From positions 1 through 55,799 of the IMG/VR virus record IMGVR_UViG_3300033145_001400: a stretch of 55,799 nt of DNA; one strand, given 5' to 3'. Of this stretch, positions 37,484 to 47,724 are shown one piece after another. Made by a program: the position numbers and the translations under genes. Within the stretch, counting starts at the first letter, position 1; each line of letters opens with the position of its first letter. Origin of the DNA: a virus (lineage: Duplodnaviria > Caudoviricetes). The notes under the pieces were generated by a model that did not search any database, was not told the origin of the DNA, and saw only the letters and a program-made list of their open reading frames with translations.

Positions 37484-37656
37484 TTATATATTTTGCAGGC
37501 GGAGGTAGAAAAATTGAAAATAGTAAAAAAGTTATAGATCACAAAAATAAAAATTGGGGAGTACTTTTGTCTTACAAAGATATGAAAAAAACCAAAGATG
37601 GAAAAGGTGGAAACCGTTTTCAAGAATTAATTAAAAACAGAAAAAATGGAGAATAA
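37480..37656 (+). CDS. Small protein MIIYFAG...LLSY (58 aa, not in ORF track)
   Basis: Read manually; ATGA overlap with the dpdA stop. Confidence 0.55.
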   Translation: MIIYFAGGGRKIENSKKVIDHKNKNWGVLLSYKDMKKTKDGKGGNRFQELIKNRKNGE

Positions 37657-38299
37657 ATTATTTGACATCCCAGCAATAGATATTGATCCTGACATGACAA
37701 ATATCACTGGGTCGATTACTTTCAAAGGGGTGTATAAATCAGCTTATCGGATATGCCAATTTGCTTTTCCGCTATTAAATAAACTTGGTTTTGGTGTTCA
37801 TTTTAAAAGCGGTGCAGAGATGTATACACCAAAAAATATTCACTCTTCAAAGGAATGGACTAAAATTGCTCGGTTCTATGAAACAGGAAAAACAGGTATG
37901 TCAATCTGGATTTATGACAAAAATCAACCGCATATAAAAATACAGACAATGTGTTTTATTAGAAAGTATGATAAAGATTTGAAAGATTATCCACGAATAC
38001 ATTTACCCACTGAACAAAAACAATTACCAGAAAGTGTAAAGATTCAAGCAACGTTGCAAATGTGTGAGAAAATGAAACTGCATTTTTTAGTAATTCTTAT
38101 GAATCAAGTAGGAAGATATAATGCAAAACCAGCCTTATATTGGTTTGGAAAGTATGCGGATATACCAGAAGAAAATTGGATGTTATCAGATAGATTTGGA
38201 AAAGGGATGAAAGATAGAATGTCAATTATTCAAAAAAATATGACATATTCTTTTGTGCAAAAAGAACAATTAAAAGAAATAATTATACAAAATTTATAA
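37646..38299 (+). CDS. Hypothetical protein
   Basis: 217 aa ORF with no recognised motif. Confidence 0.55.
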   Translation: MENKLFDIPAIDIDPDMTNITGSITFKGVYKSAYRICQFAFPLLNKLGFGVHFKSGAEMYTPKNIHSSKEWTKIARFYETGKTGMSIWIYDKNQPHIKIQTMCFIRKYDKDLKDYPRIHLPTEQKQLPESVKIQATLQMCEKMKLHFLVILMNQVGRYNAKPALYWFGKYADIPEENWMLSDRFGKGMKDRMSIIQKNMTYSFVQKEQLKEIIIQNL

Positions 38300-38300
38300 T

Positions 38301-39311
38301 ATGAAAAAACAAGACCTATTAATAGCACTTGAAACAGTCAAACCAGGTTTGGCATCAAAGGAAATGATTGAACAATCTACTTCGTTTGCATTTATAAACA
38401 GCAAGGTGGTAACGTACAATGATGAAATCAGCTTATCTCATCCAATTGGAAACCTGGAAATCGAAGGGGCTATCCAGGCAGAAGAGCTTTACAAACTATT
38501 GAACCGATTGAAAAAGGATGAAATTGAAGTAGAAATTAAAGGAAGTGAATTACTCTTACAAAGTGGAAATACGAAAGCAGGATTAACCTTACAACAAGAA
38601 ATTAAACTACCACTAGAGGAAATTGGTGAACAAGGTAAGTGGGAAACCTTACCAGAAGGCTTCTTACCCCACGTAAGAAGAGCAATGGCGAGCTGTTCTA
38701 GGGATATGTCTCGTCCTGTACTGACCTGTGTTCACATAAGCAAAGAAGGCGTAATTGAAGGCTCTGATGGGTTTCAAATAACCAGATGTCAATTAGAAGA
38801 AGAAATGCCTGTAAAAACGTTCTTATTACCAGCTTCAGCAGCTGTGGAGGTGACAAAGTTAAAACCAACCAAGATAGCTGAAGGAGATAGTTGGATACAT
38901 TTCCAAGCCAAGGAAGAAACTATTTTGTCTTGTCGAATATTTGAAGATACTTTTCCGAATACCAAAGAATTTATGAAAGTAGAAGGAGTAGAAATTATAT
39001 TACCAAAACAAATTGATGAAATCTTGGATCGAGCCGCAGTATTTGCGAAGCGGGATCATTTCTTAGATGAAAGTGTTACCCTTACAATAGGAGAGAAATG
39101 TGTTATGGTTGAAAGTAAAAGCGATGCTGGTTGGTTTAAAGAATCTGCACGAATGAGATATAATGATTCCCCAATTAATTTTTCTATCACCCCATATTTG
39201 TTGAGAGATATCCTAAAGGAAACCAATGTTTGTGTGGTTTGTGAAAATCGTTTGAAGTTTGAAGGAACGGGGTGGGGATATATTACAACGTTAAGAGAGG
39301 AGGTAAAATAA
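38301..39311 (+). CDS. DNA sliding clamp (beta-clamp-like)
   Basis: 336 aa; SRPVLTCVH, EGSDGF, FP motifs; clamp loader nearby. Confidence 0.75.
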   Translation: MKKQDLLIALETVKPGLASKEMIEQSTSFAFINSKVVTYNDEISLSHPIGNLEIEGAIQAEELYKLLNRLKKDEIEVEIKGSELLLQSGNTKAGLTLQQEIKLPLEEIGEQGKWETLPEGFLPHVRRAMASCSRDMSRPVLTCVHISKEGVIEGSDGFQITRCQLEEEMPVKTFLLPASAAVEVTKLKPTKIAEGDSWIHFQAKEETILSCRIFEDTFPNTKEFMKVEGVEIILPKQIDEILDRAAVFAKRDHFLDESVTLTIGEKCVMVESKSDAGWFKESARMRYNDSPINFSITPYLLRDILKETNVCVVCENRLKFEGTGWGYITTLREEVK

Positions 39312-39439
39312 GTGATATGAAAATTAAACAGATGAAATAAAACATTGATTAAAAAAGATGGGATTCTTGGTTTGTTTAAATCCAAAAAATATCAAGTAGT
39401 CAGAAAAACTACATTAATTATGTCTAAGGAAATTATAGC

Positions 39440-39778
39440 ATGAAATCATTTTTTACAGAAAAGCAAGTTCGTAAATTTACTTTGAAGGAGAAATTTACAT
39501 ATATTTTTAACCAGTTAAATACTTTGCTAAATCCAATTACTAAAAAGAAATCTGAAACTATTTATTGCAAATACGGTCGAAAAATAATTACATACCTTAC
39601 TTGTCTTACTTATAATGAAAAAGATGTTGCTTTAATTAATAATATTGATTTACCATTTGATGGAATAGAAATAAAAACAGAAAAGGAACTTATAAAAATA
39701 ACAGGAGAAAAGTTTTGTTATACATTTCCACCTGATATGATGCCTGAGATTTGGAGAAGATTAAAACGAATGTTATAA
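39440..39778 (+). CDS. Hypothetical protein
   Basis: 112 aa ORF. Confidence 0.5.
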   Translation: MKSFFTEKQVRKFTLKEKFTYIFNQLNTLLNPITKKKSETIYCKYGRKIITYLTCLTYNEKDVALINNIDLPFDGIEIKTEKELIKITGEKFCYTFPPDMMPEIWRRLKRML

Positions 39779-39780
39779 AA

Positions 39781-41031
39781 ATGAACCAAGGCTTTTTCAC
39801 AACAAAACAAACTGAATCAAAATCCCGTCCAGACGGTAAAACCTATTCCTGTGCTTCGTGTGGGTTGTATAAGAATGCACAAACTCAAAAAATGGAACCA
39901 TATGGTGAGTTTAAAAAGAAAATACTTATAATTGGAGAAGCCCCAGGAAAAACAGAAGATCGGAGAGGACTTCCCTGGCAAGGCAAAGCAGGTAGATTAC
40001 TTCAATATACTTTCAAGAATGAACTTGGAATAGAATTATTTGAAGATTGTTTGTGTATGAATGCCGTGAATTGCAGACCAGAAGACAATCATACTCCAAC
40101 GAATTATGAAATAGATTGTTGTCGTAGTAAAATATTGAAAGTAATAGAAGAACGTAAACCAAAAGTAATTATCTTACTTGGTGGATCTGCTCTATACAGT
40201 ATAATAGGGCATCGTTGGAAACGTGGGTTGGATGGTGTAATGAAATGGAGAGGGTGGTGTATACCAGACAGAGATTTTAATTGTTGGATTTGCCCTACGT
40301 TTCATCCTAGTTATGTTCTTCGAGGAGACAAAGAAGCTGAAACAGTTTGGCGACAGGATTTACAACAAGCCATTAGACAAACGAATAAACGTTTTCCAGA
40401 ACATATATATTTTCCAACATATCCGGAACCGAAGATTGAAATAATTAATGACAAAGCTATATTAGATCGTCTATTAACTTGGCTGAATTTACAGGATATA
40501 AAATTGATAGCTTTTGACTATGAGACAACTGGATTAAAACCACATGCAAAAGGTCATAGGATTGTCTGCTGTTCAATAGCTGTTAATGAAAATCACTGCT
40601 ATGTCTTTATGATGCCCAAAAGTAAAAAAGCTCGTCAGCCTTTTGTAAATTTATTAGTTAACCCTGCCGTTGGTAAGATAGCGCATAATATGAAATATGA
40701 AGAAACGTGGAGTAAAGTAAGATTAAAACAACCAGTGAAGAATTGGGTTTGGGATTCAATGCAGGCAGCCCACGTTCTAGATAATCGTCCCGGGATTACT
40801 TCATTAAAGTTTCAAGTATATGTACGATTTGGTGTGGTAGATTATGATAGTGAAATTAGTCCTTATTTAAAACCAACCGTAGCAAAGGATGGGAATGCTA
40901 TTAATCGTATATATGAATTGTTAGAGAAACCTAGTGGGGAGGAAAAGTTATTGACATACTGTGCATGGGATGCAATCTGGACTTATCGGTTGGCAATATT
41001 ACAGATGAATGAAATGAATAAAAATGATTGA
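39781..41031 (+). CDS. Family-4 uracil-DNA-glycosylase-like domain fused to PolA 3'-5' exonuclease (N-terminal part of DNA polymerase)
   Basis: CASCGL, IGEAPG..ED..G.P..GKAG, CRP, FHPSY; then AFDYETTGL, AHNMKYE, YCAWDA. Confidence 0.85.
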   Translation: MNQGFFTTKQTESKSRPDGKTYSCASCGLYKNAQTQKMEPYGEFKKKILIIGEAPGKTEDRRGLPWQGKAGRLLQYTFKNELGIELFEDCLCMNAVNCRPEDNHTPTNYEIDCCRSKILKVIEERKPKVIILLGGSALYSIIGHRWKRGLDGVMKWRGWCIPDRDFNCWICPTFHPSYVLRGDKEAETVWRQDLQQAIRQTNKRFPEHIYFPTYPEPKIEIINDKAILDRLLTWLNLQDIKLIAFDYETTGLKPHAKGHRIVCCSIAVNENHCYVFMMPKSKKARQPFVNLLVNPAVGKIAHNMKYEETWSKVRLKQPVKNWVWDSMQAAHVLDNRPGITSLKFQVYVRFGVVDYDSEISPYLKPTVAKDGNAINRIYELLEKPSGEEKLLTYCAWDAIWTYRLAILQMNEMNKND

Positions 41032-41833
41032 AATTAATAAAATATATTGTGAAGATAATCTAATTACAATGGGAAAAATACCAGATAATTCTATTGATTT
41101 GACAATAACAAGCCCTCCGTATAATTGTGGAATTGATTATGATATATATAATGATAATAGAGAGTGGGATGAATATTTATATTGGTGTAAAAAATGGTTA
41201 AAAGAATTATATAGAATAACGAAAGATGACGGGAGAATATGTATTAATGTTTTAACTGAGGCAATCCTTATGAATAATACAAGAGAAAGAATTTCCCCTT
41301 TTGTAGAATTTTATAAACTTATTAAAAATGTTGGTTTTAAACATGCAGGATTACCAATGTGGACAGATAGATCTAGATCAACCTTTACAGCATGGGGAAG
41401 TTGGATGAATGCTAGCGCTCCTTTTATTTATAATCCTTTTGAAGTAATAATAATAGCGTACAAAAATACTTGGAAAAAGCAAAACAAGGGCATTTCTACA
41501 ATGAGCAAAAAAGAATTCATAACGGGATGTTCTGGAGTGTGGAATATACGAACACAAACAACTCAAATTACAAAAGCAAATTTTCACAAAGATTTACCTA
41601 AATTATGTATCGGTTTGTTGAGTTTTGAAGGTGATTTAATTTACGATCCATTTATGGGAAGTGGGACGGTTGGTTGTGTTTGTGTATTGGAAAAAAGAAA
41701 TTATATTGGTTCAGAAATATCTCCGAAGTATTGTAAAATAGCGGAAAAAAGAATAGAAGAACACAAAAAAAGGCCAAAACCATTTTTTACGGATAGAGAA
41801 TTATCAGATACAAATGAAAGAGATGAATTATAA
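41024..41833 (+). CDS. DNA methyltransferase (N4-C/N6-A, beta class)
   Basis: TSPPYN motif IV precedes DPFMGSGT motif I. Confidence 0.9.
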   Translation: MIEINKIYCEDNLITMGKIPDNSIDLTITSPPYNCGIDYDIYNDNREWDEYLYWCKKWLKELYRITKDDGRICINVLTEAILMNNTRERISPFVEFYKLIKNVGFKHAGLPMWTDRSRSTFTAWGSWMNASAPFIYNPFEVIIIAYKNTWKKQNKGISTMSKKEFITGCSGVWNIRTQTTQITKANFHKDLPKLCIGLLSFEGDLIYDPFMGSGTVGCVCVLEKRNYIGSEISPKYCKIAEKRIEEHKKRPKPFFTDRELSDTNERDEL

Positions 41834-41835
41834 CA

Positions 41836-42084
41836 ATGATTATGAAATTAAAAGATATTAAAACAAGAACTGAATTTTATGAATTTGCAGACATTTGGTA
41901 TCAGAGAGTACATAGATTAAAGGAAATATGGCAAAATGTTAATAATTCTGAAAAAAGAAAAATACATGCGTTTGCTTTGTGGTTTGTAATGTATAAAAGA
42001 GTAATGAAATTAGTGGAAATTGCAATAAAAATTAACCAATATAAAACATCTAATAACTTTGAAAAAGGAGGGTTAGTTCACTAA
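41836..42084 (+). CDS. Hypothetical protein
   Basis: 82 aa ORF. Confidence 0.5.
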   Translation: MIMKLKDIKTRTEFYEFADIWYQRVHRLKEIWQNVNNSEKRKIHAFALWFVMYKRVMKLVEIAIKINQYKTSNNFEKGGLVH

Positions 42085-42120
42085 CCAAAGGAATATTATA
42101 CAAGCGGAGAAACAAATTAA

Positions 42121-43512
42121 ATGAAAATTAATCCAAAAACAAAAGAAGCATATAATTTATTTCACAAAGGTATTTTAGCTTTTGCCCGAGCTGAACAACA
42201 AGGAATACGTGTAGATGTAGAATACGCAGAAAAGAAAAAACAACGTTTAACAAAGAAAATTGAACGTCTGGAAAATCACTTATATCAAACCAAATTCTAT
42301 CAGCATTGGTCACATCATTCAAAATCAAAACCTAATATTAATTCCTCAACTCAATTGGGATATTTTCTATACAAAATTAAAAACTTAGAACCACCAAAAC
42401 TTACAACCACTGGTAAAGGTTCAACAGATGATGAAACCCTGAAACAATTAAATATATCAGAACTGAATGATATACTGGAAATCAAAAAATTACAGAAAAT
42501 ACGGGATACTTATCTGGATGCTTTTTTGAGGGAACAAGTTAATGGATATATTCATCCATCATTTAATCTGCATTTAGTACGTACTTTTAGATCAAGTTCA
42601 GATAAACCAAACTTCCAGAACATACCTATACGGGACGAGGAGGCTATGCAGACAGTGCGTAAAGCGTTATATCCTCGTCCAGGCCACCAACTATTAGAAG
42701 TTGATTATTCAGGACTGGAAGTACGAATAGCCTGTTGTTACCATAAAGATCCTACTATGGTAAAATACATTAAAAATCCTGCTTCTGATATGCATGGAGA
42801 CATGGCAAAACAAATCTTTAAACTTCCAAAATTAAACAAATCAATTCCTGAACATAAAACGTTAAGGGATGCTGCAAAGAATGGTTTTGTATTTCCAGAA
42901 TTTTATGGTGATTATTATAAAAATTGTGCTGAAGGTTTGGCTTGTAAATGGGGGGTGTTACCGCAAAGTCGTTGGAAAGAAGGACAAGGAATTAAGATGC
43001 CTGAAGGTAATTTATCAGATCATCTAATATCGAAAGGAATAAAATCGTACAAGCAATTTGAAGAACACATTAAAGATATTGAGGATGATTTTTGGAAAAA
43101 TCGTTTTCCTCATTATGCCCGTTGGAAAAAACAGTGGTGGGCTACATATCAAAAGTACGGTTATTTAGATATGAAAACTGGTTTTAGATGCAGTGGAGTT
43201 ATGACTCATAATGAAGTTATCAACACTCCAGTGCAGGGAGCCGCATTCCATTGCTTATTATGGAGTTTTATTCGGTTGGACGAAATTATGAGAGAGGAAA
43301 AATGGGGTACCAGATTAATTGGACAGGTACATGACTCCATAGTTCTGGATGTAAATCCGAAAGAACTTCATCATGTAGCTAATACAGTACGAAGAGTGCC
43401 CTGTATTAATTTGCCAGAGGCTTGGAAATGGATTATAGTACCATTGTCAGTTAATATGGAGTTGTCAGGAATAGATGAAAGTTGGGCTGATAAGAAAGAA
43501 TTTGTGTTATGA
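42121..43512 (+). CDS. polA: Family A DNA polymerase, polymerase domain
   Basis: [22 protein letters not shown] (motif A), [15 protein letters not shown] (B), QVHDS (C). Confidence 0.92.
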   Translation: MKINPKTKEAYNLFHKGILAFARAEQQGIRVDVEYAEKKKQRLTKKIERLENHLYQTKFYQHWSHHSKSKPNINSSTQLGYFLYKIKNLEPPKLTTTGKGSTDDETLKQLNISELNDILEIKKLQKIRDTYLDAFLREQVNGYIHPSFNLHLVRTFRSSSDKPNFQNIPIRDEEAMQTVRKALYPRPGHQLLEVDYSGLEVRIACCYHKDPTMVKYIKNPASDMHGDMAKQIFKLPKLNKSIPEHKTLRDAAKNGFVFPEFYGDYYKNCAEGLACKWGVLPQSRWKEGQGIKMPEGNLSDHLISKGIKSYKQFEEHIKDIEDDFWKNRFPHYARWKKQWWATYQKYGYLDMKTGFRCSGVMTHNEVINTPVQGAAFHCLLWSFIRLDEIMREEKWGTRLIGQVHDSIVLDVNPKELHHVANTVRRVPCINLPEAWKWIIVPLSVNMELSGIDESWADKKEFVL

Positions 43513-44192
43513 AAAGAACCAGGATACCAAACAAACCAGGAATATATTTGATACAGTCTACTATTAATGGTAAACAGTATGTTGGTAGTGCTATACAACT
43601 CAGGAATAGGAAATATAATCATTTCTATTCATTAAAAAGAAATAATCATTTTAATATACATTTACAAAATCACGAAAATAAACATGGAATAAAAGATTTA
43701 CAATTTTCTATCTTAGAATTTTGCGCAAAGGAAAAATTAATTGAAAGGGAACAACAATATATTGATGAGTTAAATCCAGAATTTAATATAAATCCAAATG
43801 CAAATTCTCCTCTTGGTAGGGAACAATCAAAAGAAGAAAAAGAAACCCGCAGAATTTTATGGTCTAATATAAAATTTAAAGAAAAAGTTGCCCAAAAGAT
43901 GAAGAAAAATCATGCTGACTTTACTGGTAAAAACCATCCTATGTATGGAAAGAAACATAAATTTCATAAAAAAGGAGCAAAGTTTTCTGAAGAAGCAAAA
44001 ATAAAGATGAGTGTAGCAGCTAAAGGTAAAGTAGTATCCTTAGAAACAAAAAGAAAAATGAGTATTGCTAAGAAAGGCAAAAAACATACAGAGGAACAGA
44101 AAAGGAAAATGAGTATTGCTCGAATAGCTTGGTGGAAAAATCCTGAATATAGAAAGAAAAGACCTAAAAAATATAAAAAGAAAAGTGGCTAA
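43509..44192 (+). mobile_element. Free-standing GIY-YIG homing endonuclease with NUMOD3 repeats
   Basis: GIYLI...[31 protein letters not shown] repeats. Confidence 0.88.
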
Positions 44193-44200
44193 AAATATTT

Positions 44201-44211
44201 TTTGTATAATA
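44201..44211 (+). promoter_or_regulatory. Phage promoter motif copy 5
   Basis: Intergenic TTTGTATAATA. Confidence 0.55.
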
Positions 44212-44226
44212 TAGTAAATAGAGATT

Positions 44227-44403
44227 ATGGAAAAACTAAAAACCACTGAAGCTTTATTGATGGATTTCATTACTGAATGGGCTAAACATGATTTTACCAA
44301 GGAAAGTGTATTGACGGTATCTTACGAATTGAGTAAAGAGTATGCTAAACTGATAGATAAAAATGCTTTAAAAATGATTGGAAAGGAGATTGGAACAGGA
44401 TGA
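44227..44403 (+). CDS. Hypothetical protein (58 aa, not in ORF track)
   Basis: MEKLKTTEALLMDF...; ATGA overlap with the clamp loader start. Confidence 0.5.
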   Translation: MEKLKTTEALLMDFITEWAKHDFTKESVLTVSYELSKEYAKLIDKNALKMIGKEIGTG

Positions 44404-45314
44404 GCCTTTACCATAAATATAGACCGACAGAACTAGAAAACATTCGGGGTAATTCTGACATGGTGGAATCCCTACAAGCCATGTTAACGAATAAGGAAAC
44501 TTGCAGTCATGCAATACTTCTTCACGGTCCAACTGGATGTGGAAAAACTACAATAGGCAGAATTATAGCAAAAGAACTTGGATGTGTTGGCAATGATTTC
44601 CGGGAAATTAATTCAGCAGATTTTAGAGGGATTGATACCATACGTGAAGTAAGAAAGCAGATGCAGTATAAACCACTAGAAGGAAATTGTTTGGTTTGGT
44701 TGATTGATGAAGCGCATAAATTGACCAAAGATGCTCAAAACGCTGTATTAAAAATGTTAGAAGATGCTCCAAAGCATGTTTATTTTATTCTGTGTACTAC
44801 GGAAACTCAAGGTTTAATCCCTACAATAAAAGGGAGATGCTCCCAATTTCAAGTTCGTCCATTGAATGAACGGCAAATGTTTGGGTTATTGCGAAGTGTA
44901 GTTAAGGCAGAAGATGAAACCTGCTCAAGGGAGATATACGAACAAATATTTCAAGATAGTTTCGGACATCCTCGTAATGCCTTGCAAATATTGGATCAAG
45001 TACTAAAAGCTGATCCAGAAAATCGTTTGGAAATAGCAAAACGGGCAGAAGTAACTCAATCACAAAGTATTGAATTATGCAGAGCATTGATAAACGGAGG
45101 AACGGCTTGGAAACAAGTTCGGGAAATATTAAGCGGATTAAAAGAAGAGGAGCCAGAAAGTATACGCCGTCATGTTTTAGGATATGCTCAAGCGGTCCTA
45201 TTAAAATCAGACAATGAAAGAGCTGGTTTGGTATTGGAGGAATTTGTTGATAATTTTTACAATTCTGGTTATCCAGGATTGGTTTATGCTTGTTATTCAG
45301 TAATTAAGAATTAA
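44400..45314 (+). CDS. Clamp loader AAA+ ATPase (DnaX/RFC-like)
   Basis: LYHKYRP, GPTGCGKTT, IDEAH, AQNAVLKMLED, TIKGRC. Confidence 0.9.
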   Translation: MSLYHKYRPTELENIRGNSDMVESLQAMLTNKETCSHAILLHGPTGCGKTTIGRIIAKELGCVGNDFREINSADFRGIDTIREVRKQMQYKPLEGNCLVWLIDEAHKLTKDAQNAVLKMLEDAPKHVYFILCTTETQGLIPTIKGRCSQFQVRPLNERQMFGLLRSVVKAEDETCSREIYEQIFQDSFGHPRNALQILDQVLKADPENRLEIAKRAEVTQSQSIELCRALINGGTAWKQVREILSGLKEEEPESIRRHVLGYAQAVLLKSDNERAGLVLEEFVDNFYNSGYPGLVYACYSVIKN

Positions 45315-45515
45315 ATGAAAATAAAATCAGCTACAAAACCAAAAGGTAAAATTCAACCACTCGTCCGCAGAGGTAAAAAAGTAGGTAGAAATGATTTGTG
45401 CCCTTGTGGGAGTGGTAAGAAATATAAGTATTGTTGTTTATTAAAGATAAAAGCAAATGAACATCCTCCAAAAATCAAAGTGGAAAAGAAATTTAAACGA
45501 ACTAAATTCAAATGA
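45315..45515 (+). CDS. SEC-C motif protein
   Basis: [20 protein letters not shown]. Confidence 0.8.
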   Translation: MKIKSATKPKGKIQPLVRRGKKVGRNDLCPCGSGKKYKYCCLLKIKANEHPPKIKVEKKFKRTKFK

Positions 45516-45516
45516 T

Positions 45517-45768
45517 ATGAAACAAATTTTTAATTGGAGTATGCTTGTAGGTATAATACTACTTATAACAGGTTTGATACTATTAAGTGGTTATTTGAAT
45601 AATGTAAATATTGATAATGTCTATAATAAAGGGTACAATCAGGGATATTCCGAAGCGTTAGAACATAAAAAATTCTGGTCGATTGATGAATGTAGAGATA
45701 CTACAATTCATTTTATAGATGCAATTATTTCTTATGATACAATTTATGTTACAATAAAACCTAAATAA
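45517..45768 (+). CDS. Small membrane-anchored protein
   Basis: N-terminal TM segment; YNKGYNQGY motif. Confidence 0.5.
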   Translation: MKQIFNWSMLVGIILLITGLILLSGYLNNVNIDNVYNKGYNQGYSEALEHKKFWSIDECRDTTIHFIDAIISYDTIYVTIKPK

Positions 45769-45770
45769 TT

Positions 45771-46262
45771 ATGAACTACGAAGAAAACACAAAAATAGAT
45801 CCTAGTCAACTGGATATAGAATGGTTGGAACAAAGTAGGTTAACTTTGATGTATACGAAACATCAAGCCCAAAAGCAAAAGGAGGAAGATCAGGCTAAAG
45901 AAAAACTAGAATATGTAGATGCTGAATTGGATAAAGAAATCCGCAGTGATCCTGAAAAGTTTGAAATATTTAAAATCACTGAAGGAGTAGTTAGGAACAC
46001 TATTCTATTAGATAAAGAACATCAGGAAACTAACGCTAAGTATTTAGATGCCAGATTTGAAAACAATACTGCTAAAGGAGCTGTTCGAGCGATAGACACA
46101 AAAAAAGTAGCTCTGGAAAATCTTGTAAAACTTAATGGGCAGCAATACTTTGCTGGGCCGCGTTCACCAAGAGATATTTCTCAAGAATGGGAAAAGCATG
46201 AAAGACAAAAGAGAGCTGATACAAAGGTAGGAAAATCATTTAGAAGAAACAGAACAAAATAA
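45771..46262 (+). CDS. Helical protein, possible UvsY-like recombination mediator
   Basis: Coiled-coil with a KITEG.V..I pattern; near SSB and RecA. Confidence 0.45.
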   Translation: MNYEENTKIDPSQLDIEWLEQSRLTLMYTKHQAQKQKEEDQAKEKLEYVDAELDKEIRSDPEKFEIFKITEGVVRNTILLDKEHQETNAKYLDARFENNTAKGAVRAIDTKKVALENLVKLNGQQYFAGPRSPRDISQEWEKHERQKRADTKVGKSFRRNRTK

Positions 46263-46269
46263 TCATAAT

Positions 46270-46542
46270 ATGGAAAATAAAATTATCATTGAAAAAATAA
46301 TAAAGTACTTCAATACAAATAAGTTACTTCCTAAACATATAACGAATATTGAGTACAAAACAATAAAGGAAATTAATAAATTATTTCCTTCCTACAGAAA
46401 TGCCAATCTTTCTCAACAAAAAGGGAAATTAAGTTTGCTTGGAGGAAAAGATAGCATATTATACATTACTATATTCGGAGAAGATACCCCTAATTGGAAA
46501 GCAATTTGGGAAAAAGTACAATCAATAAAACAAATACTTTAG
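46270..46542 (+). CDS. Hypothetical protein
   Basis: 90 aa ORF. Confidence 0.45.
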   Translation: MENKIIIEKIIKYFNTNKLLPKHITNIEYKTIKEINKLFPSYRNANLSQQKGKLSLLGGKDSILYITIFGEDTPNWKAIWEKVQSIKQIL

Positions 46543-46692
46543 AATAAAATAATATGTTCAAAGAAATATTAATCGGAATTTTAATAGGAGCATGCTTTTT
46601 AGTATTTCTATACTATGCCAGCCAGGTAGCAATGCAAGGGTGGTTAAAAGCACTTGAAAATTATTTACTAAACAAATCAAAAAAGAAGCAAA

Positions 46693-47721
46693 ATGAGAAA
46701 AAAGAAAAGAAGTAACTTCAGAGGAAAAGTAGGCAAAGATGCTGAACGCCAAAAACGACAAGCATCAAGTTATGGTTACTTAAACCTGCCAAAAGGAGTG
46801 AATGTATTCAGTCCAGAACCAGGAGGTAGGGCAAAATTAGACTTTCTACCTTACGAGGTAACCGATACCCAACATCCTGATTTAAATAAAGAATTAGAAA
46901 TTGCTGTGCAAGGTAGTTTATGGTACAAACACCCGTTTAAAACACACCGTAATATTGGAGTAGATAATGAATCCGTGGTATGTTTAACATCTATTGGTAA
47001 GAAATGTCCAATATGTGAAAAACGATCTGAATTGATTCGAAGTGGGGCAGATAAAGAAGATACAGATGCTTTAAAACCATCCTTGAGAAATTTGTATATC
47101 GTTTTTCCGCTGGACTCTAAGGAATATGAAGCAAAACCACACATCTGGGATATGAGTCAATGGTTGTTTCAAAATCTATTGAATGAGGAATTAGAAGAAG
47201 ATGATGATTATGCTGTATTCCCAGACTTGGAAGAGGGATTGACTTTGAAAATACGGTTTGATTCTAAAACATTTGGAAAAGGAAAACCATTTGCTGAAGC
47301 CAGTCGTATTGATTTCCTAGAAAGAAATGATCAATACACAGAAGATATTTTAGATGAGGTACCAAACTTGGATGAAGTATTGCAAATTCTTTCTTATAAG
47401 GAATTAGAAGCAAAATTCTTGGAATTGGATGATGAAGATATTGATAATGAAGAAGAGGAAGAAAAAACAGCTCATACTAGAACTCGAAAAACTTCAAAAC
47501 CTGCTCCAGAAGAAGAGGAAGAACCAGAAAAAGAGGAAGAAGAGAGAGAAGAGAAAGCCCCTTCAAAACGTACTCGTAATCGAGATAAGAAAAAAGATGA
47601 AGAAGAAAACCGCTGTCCATACGGGCATACGTTTGGAGAGGATTGTGATGAATATCCTGAAGATTGTGATAAGTGTAAAATATGGGACGAATGTGGAGAA
47701 GAGCAAGATCGTAAAAAATAA
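46693..47721 (+). CDS. Single-stranded DNA-binding protein (T4 gp32-like)
   Basis: FLPY, H...C..S.GKKCPICE zinc site, long acidic tail. Confidence 0.75.
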   Translation: MRKKKRSNFRGKVGKDAERQKRQASSYGYLNLPKGVNVFSPEPGGRAKLDFLPYEVTDTQHPDLNKELEIAVQGSLWYKHPFKTHRNIGVDNESVVCLTSIGKKCPICEKRSELIRSGADKEDTDALKPSLRNLYIVFPLDSKEYEAKPHIWDMSQWLFQNLLNEELEEDDDYAVFPDLEEGLTLKIRFDSKTFGKGKPFAEASRIDFLERNDQYTEDILDEVPNLDEVLQILSYKELEAKFLELDDEDIDNEEEEEKTAHTRTRKTSKPAPEEEEEPEKEEEEREEKAPSKRTRNRDKKKDEEENRCPYGHTFGEDCDEYPEDCDKCKIWDECGEEQDRKK

Positions 47722-47724
47722 GAT

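Noticed and set aside
43509-44192. Group I intron in polA carrying the GIY-YIG gene
   Set aside because: polA is complete through motif C and its C-terminus before the endonuclease, which overlaps the stop codon, so the endonuclease is free-standing.
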